A DNA stretch of 26,644 nt from an uncultured Alphaproteobacteria bacterium (GTDB lineage: Bacteria > Pseudomonadota > Alphaproteobacteria > 16-39-46 > JAJRRM01), in assembly GCA_964594205.1 (NCBI GenBank), contig CAZQLR010000004.1, positions 1-26,644 of the forward strand, read 5' to 3'. Under the pieces are notes generated by a model. The model was not told the origin of the DNA, searched no databases, and was given only the letters and a program-made list of their open reading frames with translations. Below are positions 7,801-12,848 of this stretch, piece by piece. Positions within the stretch are counted from its first letter, which is position 1. Each line of letters begins with the position of its first letter. The translations under genes and the position numbers were made by a program.

Positions 7801-10033
7801 CCTGTTGTGTCTGACGGTTCAAGTCATGCTGCGGCGGCAGTGCTGGCGCCTTAGCCGATATGCCATTGTTTTCTAAATACACTAAACCAGCTCTTATATT
7901 TCGCCGTTCCTCCCCTTTAACTGGGGAGTCTACGCCTCCACAACCTTGTAGTTTTCCATTAACAAGCTTCAAGGGATCGAGACCAAGCGGCCTAAAAAGA
8001 TGATGACACTTTTCTATATGGTTAAAAAGAATGTCCCCACACAGCTCCTTGCGCGCTTTGTAATCTTTGTACAAAGCATAATTCTTATGAAAGGGCACCC
8101 CCCTTTCTGGGTACCAAGTGTTTGGATAAAAGGCTTTGGCATCACTCAACATCGTCGTATACAGCACACCCGCCGCCCGATTGTTCAAGTTATACTGCTT
8201 GATGATCTCCACGTATTGGCTTTGGCTATACGTCTTATCATAGAAGTTTTTATCCATATCAGGCAGCTTCTCTTTGACAATCTGCACACACCCTCGATCT
8301 AGATAAGCCTTCAACGCCCGCACCGTGTTGCCACTGGCAAAGTCAGACGTCGCTTTGCGCTGCCAGCCTTCCTTCTGCCGCATGATCGTCTCAAGCTGGG
8401 CAGCCTCTTTACCAACAGCATGCAACACACTCTCAAAAGCCCTGCCGGCCCCAACAGACTGCATCTGCGCTGTATCACCAATGAAAACACCCTTAACAGC
8501 CTGAGCATCCATATACCGCAGCACCTTCTGGAAAGCCCGCACATCCAACATACCGGCTTCATCCACCATAAGAACCGTCTTGTAGTCATACAAACACCGC
8601 CCTTTGCTCACTTCCCCCAAGAACCGATGGACCGTCATGGTCTCTATACCATCTTTACGCAGGTTCTCTTTAGCCATATTAGTGGGTGCCAACCCAATCA
8701 CCCGATATCCACTTTCCTCCCATATTGCCTTTGTGGCTTGCAAAATAGTGCTCTTACCAGAGCCTGCCGGCCCCACAAGACAAGACAGCTGCCTTCTCTC
8801 CACCAGCTGCTCAATAGCGGCTTTCTGATCTGAAACCAGCCCGCCTGTCTCTTTGTATTGGTCATTAAACTGCTGGAGAACCCGCTCGACCGTATCAGCT
8901 TGTACCCTATGAGAGACCGTAGACCCCATTATCTGGGCCCGCTCTTGTACGTCTTTCTCAAGAGCCAACATACTCCTTGTGGTATACAGCCCCTTCTCTA
9001 ACTCAGCCGCATTTTTGTTAATAATACGGTCTTGTCCTTCCAAATGGGTCCCAACAGTACCAAGAGACACGAGCTCCTTGGCGCCTAAAAGCCGCGTTAG
9101 CGTCTTTTTATACAAAGTCTCATCATAGATATACGTTTTTAACGCAGCCTTCATGTCCTCCTCACCAAAGACCGCCTTCTTTTCAGTAATGAGATCCAAT
9201 ATCGTCTCAGGTCGTCGGGCAACCTTATATTGATTAATGACCTTCGTTTCTAAAAACTCTTTGATGGCCGCTGTGTGATACGTCAATTTACTCCGCATCC
9301 CAAACTGACTAAGATCTCGACTCTCTAACAACTCTAAGGCACGCTCAGGGGTCTTCCCCTCCTTCAGCAACTCTTGATACACCCGATTGCTATGCCCAAG
9401 CTTGATACCAGGTTCTAGCTTAATGCCTCTATCCGCAAAAGACTTCTCACTCACCGGCTCAAACCCTGCCGGTACCAATGCCTCATTAATATGGACGGCG
9501 GCTCTTTCTCGAACTTCCTTCAAGAAAGCCCGCTCATTCATCTCAACAACCTTTTGAGCCGATAACCCTTTAGCCTCTAAGCGCCGCATGGATATCATCA
9601 TATGAACATGGGGATTCTCTACTTCATCATGGTGGTTCGCCAATACCATCACACCATAAGATTCCGCTATTTCCTCTGAAAACGCTTTTACAATACCAAC
9701 ACGATCGTCAAAACTCACCTCTTTAGGCAATGCCAATTCTATCTCACGATAGACCTGGGCATCTCTTCTTTTCTCAGACGCCTCATGCAAATCACTTAGG
9801 AACTGAACGCCTTCTTCCCGATTGTGCAAAATGGCTTTTTGAAGTTTTACACCCCAGTCAGGGGATTTTTTTGGCAAATACAAGGCCACATGTTCAACAG
9901 TCTTCTCGCGATAGTCGAACCGCTCGCCCGTCTTTTGATCCTTCAACGAAACACCCGCACGATACGCCGCCGCCGCAACTGTATTACGACTTGTTCGTCC
10001 TAGTATTTTCATTGAACAGTGATAGATCGCCAT
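4853..10033 (-). CDS. traA: Ti-type conjugative relaxase TraA: MobA/MobL (MOBQ) relaxase + SF1/RecD-like helicase + Toprim primase-like domain
   Basis: MAIYHCS..., AAAAAYRAG (catalytic Tyr), HHDEVENPHVH (HUH motif); GPAGSGKST, VDEAGM, GDTAQMQSVGAG helicase motifs; GLWKDFESGEGGD, LTEGVETGLS, LCADYD, DFNDLL primase/Toprim motifs. Confidence 0.93.
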   Translation of the reverse strand: MAIYHCSMKILGRTSRNTVAAAAYRAGVSLKDQKTGERFDYREKTVEHVALYLPKKSPDWGVKLQKAILHNREEGVQFLSDLHEASEKRRDAQVYREIELALPKEVSFDDRVGIVKAFSEEIAESYGVMVLANHHDEVENPHVHMMISMRRLEAKGLSAQKVVEMNERAFLKEVRERAAVHINEALVPAGFEPVSEKSFADRGIKLEPGIKLGHSNRVYQELLKEGKTPERALELLESRDLSQFGMRSKLTYHTAAIKEFLETKVINQYKVARRPETILDLITEKKAVFGEEDMKAALKTYIYDETLYKKTLTRLLGAKELVSLGTVGTHLEGQDRIINKNAAELEKGLYTTRSMLALEKDVQERAQIMGSTVSHRVQADTVERVLQQFNDQYKETGGLVSDQKAAIEQLVERRQLSCLVGPAGSGKSTILQATKAIWEESGYRVIGLAPTNMAKENLRKDGIETMTVHRFLGEVSKGRCLYDYKTVLMVDEAGMLDVRAFQKVLRYMDAQAVKGVFIGDTAQMQSVGAGRAFESVLHAVGKEAAQLETIMRQKEGWQRKATSDFASGNTVRALKAYLDRGCVQIVKEKLPDMDKNFYDKTYSQSQYVEIIKQYNLNNRAAGVLYTTMLSDAKAFYPNTWYPERGVPFHKNYALYKDYKARKELCGDILFNHIEKCHHLFRPLGLDPLKLVNGKLQGCGGVDSPVKGEERRNIRAGLVYLENNGISAKAPALPPQHDLNRQTQQVLVKDWVQFYKENISKDLGQRFLVMAKTNKDVRELTEKMRAALKSQGILNGTDTELMVNLPYQDDQGRLRHDTKKIAVQIGDQVRFCQQDKGREINKGDVGTITALEKDKMEVLIGQGKDKKTVSFSTNLYKALDYGWVSTVFGAQSKTVDRSFVLASSTMSKDEVYVAMTRHRDDVKVYAPSTEFVDEASYLKYLSTSSHKYSTIDKRTDIENQICKDREPISFKDRAKQRLKDEFDAVRDIGKILWHQGIRGDEVTEIIPEKSTTFAPRIATRSEIREIYGRLGESPFVIKEGRQPSKKGEQKMDKVRTNQKEKGLQELVKQERRPYYDRDQVLKTMTASDLEDTADKYFDTKYKRRTKTEVRYGRHGSVVLTISGNKFGLWKDFESGEGGDIFMLASKSTNRSYGDVITEIAENRGVKAEVGYRAQEIEKERQEREAAEAAATAAKKAKDTEMATKLYKASKPAKGTLVETYLVNHRGLEGDIPQDIRYVPARTDYKTGKTCPAMVSFARDQEGKITGFQEIYLDQKTGAKAKEVEVAKKSRGTCKGSFVTLRGSTHTKEPKVLFLTEGVETGLSVEKSLPQGNGAVAIQAGLGRYNFRNIDVPKETTIVLCADYDGKGAKTHDLIKEDANLLREKGHDVHIIWPTKHGKEKKDFNDLLQEKGQARAGQVILNQLPEDLKEQHIYQPIDIQKLKDSEKYKTESLSIKEQPFKTLSRTLEGFIVDRNPDTDIDPKTLKAIADRATECLLERHDATGQDPTYGDMKIALKRAAFEHTRHEEIKQAKEKQFIKDVKAGECKAKDYVSEVLLASKRQAEVEGRHFEADLYNDNPPQTDYHTQALKSMESNNKQYEPMRERLQDMYGLNATTSKLAAYMYLVTSERQGAYLSDEREAHLCNMAQKVVESEGYSENRNLTKPQKHYRRALVSREMMRIQSDESNILVDDTFKRELREVKQTQQEIYRKHAPVVTKELVVERSREI

Positions 10034-10108
10034 ATAGTTTCTAAAAGCCGCCTATTTGTATTTTTAAATAAATACTTTTTGTTTTACGCAACCCATTATA
10101 TCAGCATC

Positions 10109-10167
10109 TTGCCGCTTGCGGCGAAGCACATTGATACAGATTTATTTGTAACATATAAGTGCGCCTT
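10109..10167 (+). other. oriT: MOBQ-type origin of transfer (oriT)
   Basis: TAAGTGCGCCTT (10156-10167) matches the RSF1010/pTi nic core TAAGTGCGCCCT. It is preceded by an imperfect IR (TGATACAGA..TTTGTAACA) and a GCCGC-tt-GCGGC hairpin (10111-10122), and lies between divergent traA and traC/D-like genes. Confidence 0.8.
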
Positions 10168-10256
10168 GCACAAGTTGCTCGGACAAGTGGATTTCATTTA
10201 TTTAACAATATAAACTCATAAAAAGGAAATATTTCTCCCCATATAAGCCAATTGTC

Positions 10257-10285
10257 TTGGCGTTTGAATGACTTTTTGATATACT
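10257..10285 (+). promoter_or_regulatory. Sigma70-type promoter for the 10313-11471 gene run
   Basis: TTGGCG-17 nt-TATACT, then AGGAG SD (10304-10308) and ATG at 10313. Confidence 0.55.
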
Positions 10286-10312
10286 CTCCTTGTAAGATCA
10301 GCGAGGAGATAA

Positions 10313-10678
10313 ATGGAAGAAAAACCTAACTCTGATGGACATCCAATACCTTCAGAACTAGTAGAAAGCATAGATGTAATTGCCACAAAAAAAGATGGAA
10401 GTGTGTTGCTGACAATAGTCTCTTCTGGTTACCTAGACGACTCAGATTACACCACCCAAAGAATTGTTGAAAAATTAAATAACTACTTGGGTTTTATTAA
10501 TGATGATGAATACAAAAACGAGTTTGGATCTCCCTCTCCTGAGAAGACTTTAATTGTTCTTACATGCTCCCAAAAGCCTGCAGCTTCCGTCATAGAATTT
10601 ATCGCATCAATACAAGAAAATGTTAATCACTACAATGCCTCCCTATTTATTGATTATGAGCAAGAGAAACAAGAATGA
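10313..10678 (+). CDS. DUF6572-like hypothetical protein (acidic, 121 aa)
   Basis: Pattern SIDVIA....G.VLLTI.......D.......EKLNNYLGFI recalls DUF6572. Strong SD; ATGA overlap with the next gene. Confidence 0.55.
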   Translation: MEEKPNSDGHPIPSELVESIDVIATKKDGSVLLTIVSSGYLDDSDYTTQRIVEKLNNYLGFINDDEYKNEFGSPSPEKTLIVLTCSQKPAASVIEFIASIQENVNHYNASLFIDYEQEKQE

Positions 10679-10938
10679 ACAAAATAACTGAACTTGATGA
10701 AAAAATTGCAAAACTCCAAAAGCAAAAAGAAACGCTTCAAAAGAAAGTCTCTATGAACTTGTTGAAGGATCTTTCCTCCATCTTAGGAGAGGAGTTCTCA
10801 CCGGAGCTTGTCTTGTCTATCGTGAAAGATTCCTGGAGCTCTGCCAACGATAAAACAAAGGAGGCTTGGCAAGATAAAGCCAGCACCTTTCGCAAAAAAA
10901 AGCAAACTGCCAGGAACAAAAAAACTAAAGCAGCTTGA
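10675..10938 (+). CDS. Small coiled-coil TraC/TraD(Ti)-like relaxosome accessory protein
   Basis: ELDEKIAKLQKQKE coiled coil and C-terminal W..KA..F; position next to oriT and traD(Ti). Confidence 0.5.
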   Translation: MNKITELDEKIAKLQKQKETLQKKVSMNLLKDLSSILGEEFSPELVLSIVKDSWSSANDKTKEAWQDKASTFRKKKQTARNKKTKAA

Positions 10939-10978
10939 TCTGAAACTCGCTTTACTTGAGACAAAAAGGTATAGACTC

Positions 10979-11239
10979 ATGAAACGTGAATCAGCTGGAA
11001 GTTCAGACTTTAGAAAAGCCAGAACACGAACCCTCATTCAACTTGGGGGGCTCGTAGAAAAATCAGGCCTCCTCCCTTACCTCAACATATCAATGGGAGA
11101 TGATCTCCAAGTAGATGAACACATCAAGGATGAGGTAGAGACCTTACTTGGACTGCTGGTCGATGCTAAACAATCCATGATTAACGATCCTGAATTTAAA
11201 CAGCTAGCTCAATTGAAGGGGAAACAGAGTTGGAATTAA
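10979..11239 (+). CDS. traD: Conjugal transfer protein TraD (Ti-type, small)
   Basis: RKARTRTLIQLGGLVEKSGL matches the Ti-TraD signature R(K)ARTR.LI.LGGLV.KAGL, with C-terminal L..KGK..W. Confidence 0.85.
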   Translation: MKRESAGSSDFRKARTRTLIQLGGLVEKSGLLPYLNISMGDDLQVDEHIKDEVETLLGLLVDAKQSMINDPEFKQLAQLKGKQSWN

Positions 11240-11240
11240 A

Positions 11241-11471
11241 GTGAAAACGAAACAAGTTGGCAGAACAGTCTTAGCTTTTGACGTTGAAACAAGTGGCGGC
11301 TCACTTACACAAAGTGGATTATTAAGCATTGGTGCCAGCCTTTTTGATGGGGTGGCTATAGAGTCAAAAGCTTTTCAAGTTAATATACAACTACCTGAAG
11401 AAAGGTCATTTGAGCTAGATAAGTATGGCATTTCCCATATAAAAAACCATTATATTCCATTTTTCTCCTAA
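11241..11471 (+). pseudogene. Truncated DEDDh/DnaQ-like 3'-5' exonuclease (ExoI motif only)
   Basis: VLAFDVETSG...LLSIGA matches ExoI. ExoII and ExoIII are absent, and the ORF runs into AT-rich intergenic sequence after about 11416. Confidence 0.7.
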
Positions 11472-11490
11472 AACTTTTATCATTCTATAC

Positions 11491-11522
11491 TTGACTCTAG
11501 ACTATAGTCCAGGAAGTATATT
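11491..11522 (+). promoter_or_regulatory. MerR-family promoter/operator (20-bp spacer) for merR-merT-merP
   Basis: TTGACT-CTAGACTATAGTCCAGGAAG-TATATT, with dyad CTAGACTA/TAGTCCAG (7 of 8 pairs). Confidence 0.85.
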
Positions 11523-11544
11523 AATTGTGAGGGAGTAAACATTC

Positions 11545-11958
11545 GTGGCTTTATTAACAATAGGTGGGATTGCAGCAGCGTGCTCAGTCAAGATTGACAC
11601 AGTTAGGTATTATGAAAAGCGAGGATTATTAGAGCCTATATCACGTACTAGTGTTGGATACCGTCTCTATAATGATAAGAGTGTATCTACATTAAAGTTT
11701 ATAAAACATGCTCAATATGTAGGCTTCTCACTCGAAGAAATAAAGAGCCTTATCATTATCAGTTTTTCAAGAAAAAATATATGTAACGAAGTTAAACAGA
11801 AAGTTCAAGAAAAGATAACCATCCTAGAAAGGAAAGAACGAGAGTTGATGAAAATGAAAAAGGCCTTAGAAGGAATTAAACGTGATTGTAGCAAAGTAAA
11901 AAATGAAGGGCAGCATTGTCCATTTCTGGAGCAGTACAGGTTGCAGGAGCGAGTTTAA
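11545..11958 (+). CDS. merR: MerR-family metal-responsive regulator
   Basis: HTH TIG.IA..CSV..DTVRYYEKRGLL, GYRLY; Cys80, Cys115, Cys125; GTG start with GAGGGAG SD; TAATG coupling to merT. Confidence 0.88.
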   Translation: MALLTIGGIAAACSVKIDTVRYYEKRGLLEPISRTSVGYRLYNDKSVSTLKFIKHAQYVGFSLEEIKSLIIISFSRKNICNEVKQKVQEKITILERKERELMKMKKALEGIKRDCSKVKNEGQHCPFLEQYRLQERV

Positions 11959-12335
11959 TGCAAAAAAACGGAAAAGAACCTTTAAACGCTAGGTGGGCGC
12001 TCGGCGCCGGCATAATAGCTGCTATTGCCTCAGCAGCTTGTTGTATTCTCCCTCTAATTTTATTTCTATTTGGTATCAGTGGCGCTTGGATTGGAAATTT
12101 GACGGCCATGGAGCCCTATCGTCCTTACTTTCTTACAGTTGCTGCAATAACAGTTCTGTTTGGGTATTGGAAAATATATCTCAAGAAAAAAGTCAACTCT
12201 TGTGAACGCGATAGTTATTGTTCTATGCCTAAATCTGATCTTATTAACAAGATTATGTTGTGGATTTCCTCAGTAATCATTATCCTAGTACTGTTATATC
12301 CTTATATAGCCCCCGTCGTTTTGAACTACCTATAA
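11958..12335 (+). CDS. merT: Mercuric ion transporter MerT (125 aa)
   Basis: ASAACCILPL, GISGAWIGNLT, EPYRP and loop Cys pair C-x5-C. ATG at 11958 overlaps the merR stop and has a CAGGAG SD; the ORF-track start at 11916 is too long. Confidence 0.92.
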   Translation: MQKNGKEPLNARWALGAGIIAAIASAACCILPLILFLFGISGAWIGNLTAMEPYRPYFLTVAAITVLFGYWKIYLKKKVNSCERDSYCSMPKSDLINKIMLWISSVIIILVLLYPYIAPVVLNYL

Positions 12336-12357
12336 GATAAGGAACATACACATAAAG

Positions 12358-12675
12358 TTGCATACATTTATACTTGTAATACTTTCAACCTGCTGCCTAG
12401 GGGTGAATGTTAACGCTCATGCACAACCCCCCTCTATCACAACAAAAACCAATAAAAAAATAGTCACACTGGAAATACCGGGTATGCATTGCCCAACTTG
12501 CCCATTTACTGTTCGGAAAAGCTTAAAAGAGGTGGATGGTGTTTTAGACATAAAAGTCTCGAGTCAAGATAGAACAGCTAGCGTAACTTATGATCCAACA
12601 AAAACTAGTGTAAAAAAGTTAATAGAAACCACAACTAAAGTAGGGTATCCCTCTACTGTAAGACATGAGAACTAA
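12358..12675 (+). CDS. merP: Periplasmic mercury-binding protein MerP
   Basis: Signal peptide, GMHCPTCPFTVRKSL HMA motif and TTKVGYPS, directly after merT. Start codon uncertain (TTG 12358 or ATA 12352). Confidence 0.88.
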   Translation: MHTFILVILSTCCLGVNVNAHAQPPSITTKTNKKIVTLEIPGMHCPTCPFTVRKSLKEVDGVLDIKVSSQDRTASVTYDPTKTSVKKLIETTTKVGYPSTVRHEN

Positions 12676-12788
12676 CCAACATCTGGTTACGGTCATATAT
12701 TGTTGCTGTCTGTCATTAATAGCGTTAGATGAATGCTCTTTAAAAGTTAAAGAACTTGTTTGATTGGGGTCTTTTCCATCAGTAATAA

Positions 12789-12816
12789 AGAGCGAATGAA
12801 TTAGTTCATTCGCTCT
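12789..12816. terminator. Bidirectional terminator-like hairpin between convergent merP and merA
   Basis: Perfect 12-bp IR AGAGCGAATGAA-ttag-TTCATTCGCTCT. Confidence 0.7.
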
Positions 12817-12848
12817 CACTCAACTAAATGTTATATTAATCGTTCAAT

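Noticed and set aside
7811-8293. Intein in the TraA helicase
   Set aside because: A Cys is near the start, but there is no C-terminal His-Asn plus nucleophile and no LAGLIDADG or block B motif.
6591-10213. Plus-strand ORFs and alternate-frame ORFs overlapping traA
   Set aside because: Shadows of a long, motif-rich gene; no recognisable motifs or ribosome-binding sites.
11916-11957. ORF-track N-terminal extension of MerT
   Set aside because: It overlaps merR coding sequence; ATG 11958 has an SD, stop-start coupling and normal MerT length.
12619-12819. 66-aa minus-strand ORF downstream of merA
   Set aside because: It starts inside the terminator hairpin, overlaps merP antisense and has no motif.
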